A DNA stretch of 64,000 bases from Pseudomonadota bacterium. Its GTDB lineage: Bacteria > Bdellovibrionota_B > Oligoflexia > Oligoflexales > CAIYRB01. Location of the stretch: positions 9,877 to 73,876 of the forward strand of contig JANOTL010000223.1 in NCBI GenBank assembly GCA_031416315.1. Direction: 5' to 3'. Of the stretch, positions 1-8,555 are shown in pieces. The notes under the pieces were generated by a model. That model was not told the DNA's origin and did not search any database. It was given only the letters and a program-made list of their open reading frames with translations. The translations under genes were made by a program, and so were the position numbers. Numbering within the stretch: the stretch's first letter is position 1; every line of letters starts with the position of its first letter.

Positions 1-1
1 G

Positions 2-1357
2 AACGTCGCCAAAGAGCTCGTCTCGATGGGCGCCGACATCCTCTGCATCAAGGACATGGCCGGACTTCTCCGGCCGAAGGCGGCCTCCGTTTTGATCCGG
101 GCCCTGCGCGAGACGGTCGACGTGCCGATCCATCTCCACATGCACGACACCGCCGGCGCCGGCGTCGCGACCCTCCTCGAAGCGGCGCAAGCGGGTTGCG
201 AGATCGTCGACGGCGCCGTCAGCTCGATGGCCGGGCTCACCTCCCAGCCTTCGATCAACGCGCTCGTGGCCGCGATGGGCGGCGATCCGAAATGTCCCGA
301 GGTGCCTTTGCCCGTCTTGGACGAGCTGGCGCGCTACTGGGAAGCCGTGCGCTCGATGTACCAGGACTTCGACCCGGGGATTCGCGCCACCTCGACCGAC
401 GTCTACGAGCACGAGATCCCGGGCGGCCAGTACTCCAACCTCTTCGAGCAGGCGCGCAAGGTCGGGGTCTCCGCGAAGGAGTTTCACGAGCTCACCAAGC
501 GCTACAAAGAAGTGAACGAGCTCTTCGGCAACATCATCAAGGTGACGCCGTCGTCGAAGGTCGTGGGCGACATGGCGCTTCTCCTGCAGAAGCACGGCCT
601 CACCGGGAAGGAGCTGCGCGCGAAGAAGCCGAAGCTCGACTATCCTGACTCCGTCGTCAGCTTCTTCAAGGGCCACATGGGCGTGCCCTACGGCGGCTTC
701 CCGGCGGACGTGAGAGCGATCGTCCTCGGCGACAACGCGCCGCCGCCGGCGGCTCTGGCCGTCGAGGAGACGGACTCCTTCGACCAGGTGCGCGAGGCTT
801 TGGCGAAGAAGCTGAAGCGCCCGATCACCGACGGTGACGTCCTAAGCTACCGCCTCTATCCGAAGGTCTTTCTCGACTACGTGAAACATCGTCAGGTGAA
901 TGGCGAGGTCTCCGGCCTGACGACACCGATCTTTTTCTACGGCTTGGAGCAGGGCCAGGAGATCGAGACCGACCTCGAGCCGGGGAAGACGCTCGTCATC
1001 TCGCTGCAGGGCATCTCCGAGGCGGACGAGAGCGGCGTGCGCACCGTCTTCTTCGACCTGAACGGTTTTCCGCGCGCGATCGAGATCAAGGACGAGAAGG
1101 TGGGCGGCAAGGCGACGAGCCGGCCCGCCGCCGATCCGATGTCGGATCTTCACGTCGGCGCCGCCATGCCGGGGAAGGTGCTGGCGGTGAACGTCGTCTC
1201 CGGCCAGAAGGTGAAAGCCGGCGACCCGCTCCTCGTCACCGAGTCGATGAAGATGGAGTACGTGATCACGGCGAAGGCCGAAGGCACCGTGAAGCGTGTG
1301 ACCGTGACTCCGGGCGAGATGGTCGAGGGTGGCGACCTGCTCGTGGAGCTCGGCTAA
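2..1357 (+). CDS. pyc: Pyruvate carboxylase, C-terminal part (5' end outside window)
   Basis: IKDMAGLL, HLHMHDT, HEIPGGQYSNL and KVTPSSKVVGD carboxyltransferase motifs, plus a C-terminal biotinyl domain (ESMKME). The frame is open from the window edge. Confidence 0.95.
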   Translation, partial: NVAKELVSMGADILCIKDMAGLLRPKAASVLIRALRETVDVPIHLHMHDTAGAGVATLLEAAQAGCEIVDGAVSSMAGLTSQPSINALVAAMGGDPKCPEVPLPVLDELARYWEAVRSMYQDFDPGIRATSTDVYEHEIPGGQYSNLFEQARKVGVSAKEFHELTKRYKEVNELFGNIIKVTPSSKVVGDMALLLQKHGLTGKELRAKKPKLDYPDSVVSFFKGHMGVPYGGFPADVRAIVLGDNAPPPAALAVEETDSFDQVREALAKKLKRPITDGDVLSYRLYPKVFLDYVKHRQVNGEVSGLTTPIFFYGLEQGQEIETDLEPGKTLVISLQGISEADESGVRTVFFDLNGFPRAIEIKDEKVGGKATSRPAADPMSDLHVGAAMPGKVLAVNVVSGQKVKAGDPLLVTESMKMEYVITAKAEGTVKRVTVTPGEMVEGGDLLVELG

Positions 1358-1449
1358 GTTTCTGCGGATTTGGCCGTCAAGACGTGCCCTTGCGTCGTGA
1401 CGGCCGGCGCCCCGCGTCAATTTTCCAAGGAAAAGTCCGATGTTGGGGC

Positions 1450-2802
1450 ATGACCGAAGACGAACTGGAAAACCAACGCACCCTCGAGCGCGCCATCCGC
1501 GTGCAGCACGAGAACGCCGAGATCATCGTCTCGTGGGTCTTGATCGGTTTCATCGCCTTTTTCGCCGGCGTCTATTTCCTTTGGCCCAAGGCCGCAACGA
1601 CGACGAACGGCGCCTTCAACGCCTTCCCGTTCATCCTCGCGCTGTATACCCCTTTCCTGCTCCTTCGCCTCTTTCTCTCGTACAAGCGCAAGCTCGGGCG
1701 CGTGACGCTGACGCTGTCGATTTTCACCGACGTGTTCATGGTCGCCGCGATCATCTGGAGCTCGCACCTGCAGTATGGCGAAGCGCCGCCTTTCGCGCTG
1801 AAGTCGCCGACGTTCACCGCCTTCTACATGATGATTGCGCTGCGCGCGCTCGCCTTCAGCGTCCGCTATCTCGTGTTGACCGGCGTCTCGTCGATGCTTG
1901 CCTATGCTTTGGTGGTCGCGTACTCGTTCTACGCAGCGCCGACGCTCGTGACGCTCGACTATCCGGAGTCGGCGAACGGCAACAAGCTCCTCTTCGGCAC
2001 CGAGGTCGAAAAGCTCCTCTCCCTCCTCACCGTCACGATGATCCTCGTCCTCGCCGTCTCACGCACGCGCAAGCTTCTCCTGAAGTCGATCTCCGAGACG
2101 CAGGCCAACCGCGCCATGTCGCGTTTCTTTAGCCCCGAGATCGCGGCGAAGATCAAATCTTCGGGCGTTGGCATCGAGCCGGGGAAGGGCGAGCATCGGA
2201 ACGCCGCCATCCTGATGATGGACCTGCGTGGCTTCACCAAGCTGTCGACGGAGATGCCGGCCAACGCCGTGATGAAGCTTCTGGCCGACTACCAGTCGCG
2301 CATGGTCAGCCCGATCTTCCGCAACGGCGGCACGATCGACAAGTTCATGGGCGACGGCATCATGGCCCACTTCGGCGCGGCGTCGCCGTCCACGACCTAT
2401 GCCGGTGACTGCCTGCGCGCCGTCCTGGAGCTCGAGAGCGCCTGCCATCTATGGAACGCGGAGCGCCGCATCGCGAACCTGCCGGAGCTGCAGTTCGGCA
2501 TCGCCTGCGCCGTCGGCGACGTGATCTTCGGCGCCGTCGGCGACAAGGACCGTCTCGAGCTGACGACGATCGGCGAGGCGGTGAACCTCGCGGCAAAGCT
2601 CGAGAAACATACGAAAGCCGCCGCCGTCATGGCGGTCACGACCGAAACCATGTACTACCGGTCGCTCGATCAGGGCTTTAAGCCCGCCGTCGAATTCCGC
2701 CGCATCCCGCAAAGCCCCGTTGCGGGGGTTCCCCATGTCCTCAATCTCGTGGTCCTGGCCGAGCGTCCCGCGCAGCTCGAGGGCGTCAAGCCCGCCGCTT
2801 GA
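1450..2802 (+). CDS. Membrane-bound class III adenylate/guanylate cyclase
   Basis: About 6 TM helices, then MDLRGFT, IDKFMGDGIMA and IGEAVNLAAKLE motifs. Start taken at ATG 1450. Confidence 0.88.
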   Translation: MTEDELENQRTLERAIRVQHENAEIIVSWVLIGFIAFFAGVYFLWPKAATTTNGAFNAFPFILALYTPFLLLRLFLSYKRKLGRVTLTLSIFTDVFMVAAIIWSSHLQYGEAPPFALKSPTFTAFYMMIALRALAFSVRYLVLTGVSSMLAYALVVAYSFYAAPTLVTLDYPESANGNKLLFGTEVEKLLSLLTVTMILVLAVSRTRKLLLKSISETQANRAMSRFFSPEIAAKIKSSGVGIEPGKGEHRNAAILMMDLRGFTKLSTEMPANAVMKLLADYQSRMVSPIFRNGGTIDKFMGDGIMAHFGAASPSTTYAGDCLRAVLELESACHLWNAERRIANLPELQFGIACAVGDVIFGAVGDKDRLELTTIGEAVNLAAKLEKHTKAAAVMAVTTETMYYRSLDQGFKPAVEFRRIPQSPVAGVPHVLNLVVLAERPAQLEGVKPAA

Positions 2803-2845
2803 GCCCATTTCCGCCCTAGGCTATCCTCGGGCGAAGAGGTCCAAC

Positions 2846-3322
2846 ATGCGCGCACTCCTCGTTCTCCTCGCCCTCGTCTCGGCCGTGGGCTGTAAGCAAC
2901 GTAATCCCGACGCGGCCGGGCTCCTCGACGCCCCCGACGCCGGCAGCGAAGAGGGCGACGTGGATGCGAGTGGACCTGTTCCTGGCGACTTCAGCATCAC
3001 GTGCCGGCCGAGCGAGGGCGCCGCGGCGCGGGACGAATACAAGCTCGACGTCCGCGGCGCCGTGCGCGCCGAGGACGAGGCCCAGGCGATCAGCGTCACC
3101 GTCGACCGCAAGCGCGCCACGGCCTCGCGGCAAGTCGACCGGCTCGCGACAGCGCAGGGCGGACGCGGCTCGGTGCGCCTTCAAGGCACGATCTCGCTCG
3201 GCTTCGGCTCGGGCGCGCTCACGGCGGAGTATGTCGGCGGCACGCACGAGGGAATCCTGACCTTGGCGGAAGATGCCGAGGCCAAGGCTCTGGCCGTGAA
3301 ATGCGGCGTCACGGCCCGGTGA
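2846..3322 (+). CDS. Hypothetical lipoprotein
   Basis: MRALLVLLALVSAVG-C lipobox; GAGG upstream of ATG 2846. Confidence 0.65.
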   Translation: MRALLVLLALVSAVGCKQRNPDAAGLLDAPDAGSEEGDVDASGPVPGDFSITCRPSEGAAARDEYKLDVRGAVRAEDEAQAISVTVDRKRATASRQVDRLATAQGGRGSVRLQGTISLGFGSGALTAEYVGGTHEGILTLAEDAEAKALAVKCGVTAR

Positions 3323-3331
3323 CGGTCGCGG

Positions 3332-3886
3332 TCAGGATTCCTCGTTCGTCCGCTTTTTCGCGCCGGACGCCCCGAGCTCCTCGAGGATGAAGTAGCAGGG
3401 GACCTTCTCCGGCGCGCCGCCTTCGCTGGCCTGCGCTTGCGTCACCGGCCGGAAGCCGAAACGGAGGAAGAGCTTTTGCGCCTTCTCCATCTCCGGGGTC
3501 GTCTCGAGGTAGAGGCGCTTGTAGCCGAGCGCTCGCGCTTCTTCGACGCAGCGCTTGAGCAGGCGGCCGCCCAAGCCCTGGCCGCGCCAATCCTTGTCGA
3601 GCACGAGGTCACGGACCTCGCCGAGCCCCTCGAGGGGCGACAGGCCGTGGAGGGGCCCGATGCCGGCGCCGCCGACGATCTTGCCGTCCTGCCGCAAGTC
3701 GCGAAGGACGAAATACCGCGCGCCTTCGGCTTGGTAGACCGCGCTCACGCTCCTCAGACGACGGAAGGTGGAGGCCAGGACGGAGCCCGCCTCGGCATAG
3801 CCCGAAAGGTTGCGCTGGATCAGCCCGCGGACCTCGTCTTCGTCCGTCCCCGCGAGCGTCGCGATCAGTACGTCATCGTGAACCAT
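3332..3886 (-). CDS. GNAT family N-acetyltransferase
   Basis: WRGQGLGGRLL acetyl-CoA motif; GYKRLYLET...AQKLFLRFGF. Start uncertain (3886 or 3943). Confidence 0.88.
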   Translation of the reverse strand: MVHDDVLIATLAGTDEDEVRGLIQRNLSGYAEAGSVLASTFRRLRSVSAVYQAEGARYFVLRDLRQDGKIVGGAGIGPLHGLSPLEGLGEVRDLVLDKDWRGQGLGGRLLKRCVEEARALGYKRLYLETTPEMEKAQKLFLRFGFRPVTQAQASEGGAPEKVPCYFILEELGASGAKKRTNEES

Positions 3887-4086
3887 GCGGCCGGCCTTTG
3901 TTCCCGAAGGGATGAGCGGCAATCCCGCACCGACGTTGACCATACCCGACTCCAGGCAAAAAGGTTCCTGCCCGCGAGGGGGGACGACATCGAACGTTAA
4001 CCTCGGGGCTCAGGAAAATGAAAGCGGGAAATCCCCCGGTAGGAGATCGCGCTCGGTTCGCCGTCACCTCGCGCGCCCGGGAGCGC

Positions 4087-4467
4087 TCACTTTTTCTTGA
4101 TGTCCGACACCGGCCGCGCTTCGCGCGTGGCGCCCATCTCTTGCATGTCGCGCGTGTTGATGTTGCTCGTCGCCATGCCGCTCGTGGCGTCGGTGTCGTC
4201 GAGGCGCATCGCGTCGTGCAGGTCTTTTTCCGTCTTTTTCTTGCGCACCATGTACACCACGGTGCCGATGAGAAGGACGACCGCGATGATGATGCCGGGC
4301 ACGGCGCCGAAGAGGAAGATCGTCTCTTTCGGGTCCATCTTGGCGAAGTTGTCGACCTCGCCCTTGGTCTCGGTCGTCGGCGTTGTCGTCGGCTGCGCCT
4401 CGGTCGCGCTACTGCGACTCGCGTCGCCGGCTGGCGGCGTCGTTTGATTGTCTTCTTCCATGGACAA
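4087..4467 (-). CDS. Small single-TM hypothetical protein
   Basis: S/T/P-rich N-terminus, one hydrophobic helix followed by RKKK; GGAGA RBS. Start is TTG 4467 or ATG 4461. Confidence 0.6.
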   Translation of the reverse strand: MSMEEDNQTTPPAGDASRSSATEAQPTTTPTTETKGEVDNFAKMDPKETIFLFGAVPGIIIAVVLLIGTVVYMVRKKKTEKDLHDAMRLDDTDATSGMATSNINTRDMQEMGATREARPVSDIKKK

Positions 4468-4639
4468 ATCTCCCCGGCGTTCGATGGCGGCGCGAGAGCG
4501 CGGCAGAATCTCTTGAACTTTGAAGACATTTTACGGGATTCGCCCTCGATCTTTCCAGTGGGGTCGATCGCGTGTAGACTCTTGACAGAACACACATCTT
4601 TCGATCTCACGATGAGAGCGAGCAGGGGGGGCCCGCACG

Positions 4640-5863
4640 ATGCGCTTTGTCGTTTTTGCGTCCACGATGTTATCGATTTCACTTTTAGCCGCTTGCGGGG
4701 CGCCAATGCCTGCGCCGGCCGCGCTCGAGAACCCGCTGTTCTCGGCGAAGCGGCAGGATCCTAAGGCCTACCGCGTGCCCCGGGAGGCTCTCGCGGCGCC
4801 GAAGTCCCTTTGCGGCGCCAACGACATGGTCCCAGTGAACGACTACTTCGGAACCCTCGGCAAGCCGCAGGCCTTCGTCCGTCAGCACCAGTTCGCGGTC
4901 GGAGCGATCGAGGAGGCGGCGCTCGACTCGGCCTCGAAGTACTGCTCCGGCACCCTGATCGGGCCGGACCTCTTCATCACGGCGAGCCATTGCGTCGACG
5001 GGGCGACGACGACGCATTCCGTCGCGATGAGCTACGAATGGCAGGCCGGCAGCCGGAGCACGGTCTTGCCACAGCAGCATTTCCGCATCACCGAGGTGGT
5101 CGAGAACGGCTCCTCGATCGACTATGCGGTCCTCCGGCTCGCCGGCGACCCGGGCACCATTTTCGGCTGGGCGAGCCTCCGCACGCGCGAGGTCAGCATC
5201 GGCGAGCAGGTCACCGTCATCCAGCACCCAGAGGGCCAGCCGAAGCAGGTCGAGATCGGCCCCGTCGCCTCGTTCGCGGGCAACTACATGGAGTACTCGG
5301 ATCTGGACACGAACCCGGGGAGCTCGGGCTCGGGCGTCCTGGACGCGTCGGGTGCGCTGGTCGGCATCCACACGAACGGGGGCTGCTTCACCGGGGGCGG
5401 TACCAACTCGGGGGTCAGGCTGAACGCCGCTCGAGCGTCTTCGGTTCTTTCGAGTCTCGCCAATCGGACTTTGCCCTTCTCGGGAGCCGACCGGGTCACC
5501 CTGGGCCGGGGCCGGGACGTCCTCGCCCTGGTGAGTGGCCAGGTCAAATTGGCGCGCTTGGGCGCGTCCTCGTGGACGGTCGAGGACTTAGGCGACGGTG
5601 CCTACGGTCTCACCATGACGGTCGGCGGACGCTCCTACGCTCTGGCGGCCACGGCTTCGGGCGTTCAGGCGGTCGACGCGACGCGCCCTGCCCCTGCCTC
5701 GGACTTCGGCCGCCGCTGGCGCGCCGTGATCGACATGAGCGGTCAGGTCTCTTTCCGAACCGTCGGCGGCGGGGACGCCGGCCGCTGGCTCGGGACCGAC
5801 GCCCAGGGTCTGGCCAAGCTCGGCGCCAGAGCCTCGGCATGGACGATCCAAATTTCCGGTTGA
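4640..5863 (+). CDS. Trypsin-like (S1) serine protease lipoprotein with C-terminal accessory beta-domain
   Basis: Lipobox LLAAC; catalytic triad contexts TASHC, DYAVL and GSSGS. Confidence 0.85.
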   Translation: MRFVVFASTMLSISLLAACGAPMPAPAALENPLFSAKRQDPKAYRVPREALAAPKSLCGANDMVPVNDYFGTLGKPQAFVRQHQFAVGAIEEAALDSASKYCSGTLIGPDLFITASHCVDGATTTHSVAMSYEWQAGSRSTVLPQQHFRITEVVENGSSIDYAVLRLAGDPGTIFGWASLRTREVSIGEQVTVIQHPEGQPKQVEIGPVASFAGNYMEYSDLDTNPGSSGSGVLDASGALVGIHTNGGCFTGGGTNSGVRLNAARASSVLSSLANRTLPFSGADRVTLGRGRDVLALVSGQVKLARLGASSWTVEDLGDGAYGLTMTVGGRSYALAATASGVQAVDATRPAPASDFGRRWRAVIDMSGQVSFRTVGGGDAGRWLGTDAQGLAKLGARASAWTIQISG

Positions 5864-5888
5864 TTTTTCGGCACTAAGGAATAAAAAA

Positions 5889-5915
5889 GGGGCTTCCGTC
5901 TGGAGGCCCCATTTT
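5889..5915 (+). terminator. Intrinsic terminator-like hairpin overlapping the downstream RBS
   Basis: GGGGCTTCC-GTCT-GGAGGCCCC followed by ATTTT and preceded by an A-tract. Confidence 0.6.
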
Positions 5916-6560
5916 ATGTCGAAGCGCTCTCTCATCGGTCTATCGATCCTCGGACTCGTCCTGTTGGCGGCTCCGGCTCGGGCCATGGAGCTCAGCTTCC
6001 TTTCCGGCCTCTACAAGTCGGAGAGCGACAAAGTGAACGGCGACGATGCCGGCGGCAAGGCGACGATCGAGCTCGGCGGCCGTCTGGGCGGCGAGATCGA
6101 CCAGCGCTTTCACTGGTTCGGCGAGTCGAACCTCACCCTGCGCACCTACGACGAGGGCGACAGCGGCGACGCGCCGGACAACAGCACGAGCCTCGCGCTC
6201 GGCGGCGGCGTGCGCTACTATTTCTCCCGCTTCTCGGAGTTCTCGGTGCCGTTCACGGCGGCCTTCGCCCGCTTCAAGACCGACAAGAACGCCGAGCAGG
6301 ACTTGACCGGCATCACCGAGACGGAGTCCACAGGGCTCTACTACGGCGGCCGCGTCGGCATCCGCTTCGGCCTCGACCAAGATTTCTTTCTCGACCTCGA
6401 GACGCCCTTGTTCGAAAGCGCGCTCTTCGCGCAAGAGAAGACGGAGCTCACGACTCCGGCCGGCGTGAAGACGAAATTCTCGAAATCCCGCACCGACATT
6501 TATCTGAACACGACGGGAGCTCTGAGCTCGATGGTCGTCGCCCTCGGACTCAAGCTCTAA
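5916..6560 (+). CDS. Outer-membrane beta-barrel-like protein
   Basis: Signal peptide (APARA) and alternating aromatic/Gly beta-strands (GGGVRYYF, GGRVGIRFGL, ALGLKL). Confidence 0.7.
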   Translation: MSKRSLIGLSILGLVLLAAPARAMELSFLSGLYKSESDKVNGDDAGGKATIELGGRLGGEIDQRFHWFGESNLTLRTYDEGDSGDAPDNSTSLALGGGVRYYFSRFSEFSVPFTAAFARFKTDKNAEQDLTGITETESTGLYYGGRVGIRFGLDQDFFLDLETPLFESALFAQEKTELTTPAGVKTKFSKSRTDIYLNTTGALSSMVVALGLKL

Positions 6561-6579
6561 CGCAACGGAGATCCTGGTC

Positions 6580-6699
6580 ATGAAAAAAGGCACCCGCCCC
6601 GCTCGCAAACGCAACAAGTCCGCGCGCTACCGCGCCAAGAAAAAGCTGCGCGTGCTCCGCAAGAAGCGCAAGAGCCCTTCGGGCCGCAAAAAAGTCTGA
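6580..6699 (+). CDS. Unannotated 39-aa highly basic peptide MKKGTRPARKRNKSARYRAKKKLRVLRKKRKSPSGRKKV
   Basis: Translated by hand; GGAG at 6567-6570 before ATG 6580; fills the gap between co-oriented genes; mostly GC3-biased codons. Confidence 0.6.
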   Translation: MKKGTRPARKRNKSARYRAKKKLRVLRKKRKSPSGRKKV

Positions 6700-6706
6700 G
6701 GCCGAC

Positions 6707-7177
6707 ATTCTCTTCACGCAGGCGAATGGTTTTTACCATGCGCCAGAGCGCATCGACGAGACGACCGAACTGCCGGTCGTGGCGGCATTGCCTCCGGACA
6801 TGGTGATCAAGATCGACTTCACGGCCGTGCGGACCATCAACAGCTATGGCACGCGCCGGCTGATGGGCTTCATGCGCGAAGTGAAGCCGCGACCGATCGA
6901 GTTCCACAATTGCCCTTCGATCTTTGTCGACACCTTGAACATCGTCCGGGATGTCCTCGGCAATCCGCGTGACCCTTCGATCGTCAAGTCGTTCGCGATC
7001 CCGCTGTGCTGTCTCGACTGCCAACACTTCTTCGACGCGATGATTCAGACGAAGGACGTGAAGGCCGACCAGGACGACATGGGGCTCGCGCCGCAGGTCT
7101 GTCCGAAGTGCGGCGGGACCGAGACGGAGCGTGACGTCGATGCGGACGAGCACCTCGGCTTTCTGGCCACGGACTAG
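6707..7177 (+). CDS. STAS-like domain protein with C-terminal CxxC...CxxC zinc ribbon
   Basis: RIDE...IDFTAVRTINSYG...FHNCP...CLDC...CPKC. The frame is open upstream of GTG 6779 to an ATT at 6707; start uncertain. Confidence 0.65.
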   Translation: MLFTQANGFYHAPERIDETTELPVVAALPPDMVIKIDFTAVRTINSYGTRRLMGFMREVKPRPIEFHNCPSIFVDTLNIVRDVLGNPRDPSIVKSFAIPLCCLDCQHFFDAMIQTKDVKADQDDMGLAPQVCPKCGGTETERDVDADEHLGFLATD

Positions 7178-7225
7178 GACCGCAAAGCTCGAGCTTGCCC
7201 TGCTGGCTCTAGAACGGCGCTAAGA

Positions 7226-7310
7226 AAACCAAAATCCAGAGGCCAAAAACGCCTTTGGATTTTGGTTTACTCGGCCGGTGCGACCGTGAGCGACTCATTG
7301 CATCGCTCAC
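7226..7310. repeat. Two inverted repeats between convergent genes (bidirectional terminator or REP-like element)
   Basis: AAACCAAAATCCAGAGGC (7226-7243) pairs with GCCTTTGGATTTTGGTTT (7251-7268), 17/18 matches. GTGAGCGA pairs with TCGCTCAC (7286-7310). Confidence 0.7.
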
Positions 7311-7340
7311 ACGCGCTGTAACACTAGCAGGAGAAACGGG

Positions 7341-8426
7341 CTAAATCGAAGCCGCATACCTCGAATCGCGCCCCACCCAGATCCCCGACGCCTCCGCCGC
7401 ATGCACGACATCTCCGTCCATGTCGACCAGGCGCCGCGCGTCCGCGATCTTCGCGTACGGGATCTCGATCAGCTCGTCCCTTCGCACGCCGACGACGCGG
7501 CCGAACTTCTTCTTCGCGATGAGCTCCACCGCATGCACGCCGAGCCGCGTCGCGAGGAGGCGATCGAAGGCGTTCGGGGTGCCGCCACGCTGCACGTGCC
7601 CCAGGGCCGTCGAGCGGGCATCGACGCGGGTGCGCTTCATAACTTCCTGCGCGACCAGTTGGCCGATGCCGCCGAGCGTCGCCTCCTCCTTGTACAAGCG
7701 CTTGGCGCCCGTCGGATGGGCGCCCTCGGCGCAGACGATCAGGAACGACTCTCTGCCGAGCGCCTTTCGCGCCTCGATCTTGGCCGCTAGGCGCGCGAAG
7801 TCGAAGGGCTGCTCCGGCAGTAGCACGGCATTCGCGCCTGCCGCGATGCCGGTCTCCAGGGCGATGTGCCCCGCGTCGCGCCCCATGACCTCGAGCACCA
7901 TGCAGCGATTGTGGGCGGCCGCCGACGTGCGCAGCCGTTCCGCTGCGTCAACGGCGGTGTCGACCGCCGTCCGAAAGCCGATGGTCAGATCGGAGCCGAT
8001 GAGGTCGTTGTCGATCGTCTTCGGGATGCCGACGATGCCGAAGCCCGCCTCCGACAAGTGGCGCGCCATGAAATGGGTGCCGTCACCGCCGATCACCAGC
8101 AAGGCGTCCAAGCGTTGCGCCGCGAAGGAGGCGGAGAAGATTTTCAGGATCCGTGCCGCCTCGGCCTTCTTGCGGAAGGGGCTGCCTTTGTTCGAGGTCC
8201 CGAGGATGGTGCCGCCGAGCGCGTGCACGTCCTGAACGTCGAGGAGCCCGAGCGGCCAGACCTGATTCGGATCGGTCGTGAGACCGGTGAGGCCGTCGGC
8301 GATCCCCGTCACCTCCATGCCGTAAGAGCCGATCGCCGTCTTCACGATCGCGCGGATCGCCGCGTTGAGGCCGGGGCAATCGCCGCCGCCGGTGCACAGT
8401 CCAAGACGAACGGGTTTCCCTTTAAT
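7341..8426 (-). CDS. pfkA: 6-phosphofructokinase (PfkA family, mixed-substrate group)
   Basis: TGGGDCPGLNA, GGTILGT, IGGDGT, PKTIDND, EVMGRDAG and LGHVQRGG motifs. The conserved N-terminus lies upstream of GTG 8345; proposed ATT start at 8426. Confidence 0.93.
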   Translation of the reverse strand: MKGKPVRLGLCTGGGDCPGLNAAIRAIVKTAIGSYGMEVTGIADGLTGLTTDPNQVWPLGLLDVQDVHALGGTILGTSNKGSPFRKKAEAARILKIFSASFAAQRLDALLVIGGDGTHFMARHLSEAGFGIVGIPKTIDNDLIGSDLTIGFRTAVDTAVDAAERLRTSAAAHNRCMVLEVMGRDAGHIALETGIAAGANAVLLPEQPFDFARLAAKIEARKALGRESFLIVCAEGAHPTGAKRLYKEEATLGGIGQLVAQEVMKRTRVDARSTALGHVQRGGTPNAFDRLLATRLGVHAVELIAKKKFGRVVGVRRDELIEIPYAKIADARRLVDMDGDVVHAAEASGIWVGRDSRYAASI

Positions 8427-8555
8427 TCTATGTTCCTCGGTGGTTACGTCCTGGGCCCGAGGCTCACCGCCTCAGGTTCTGCCGCCCGGGGCCGATAGGC
8501 CAAGTGGGTTACGCCTAGCCATTCTACACGACCCTGCGCAGGACCGGTTTACGGG

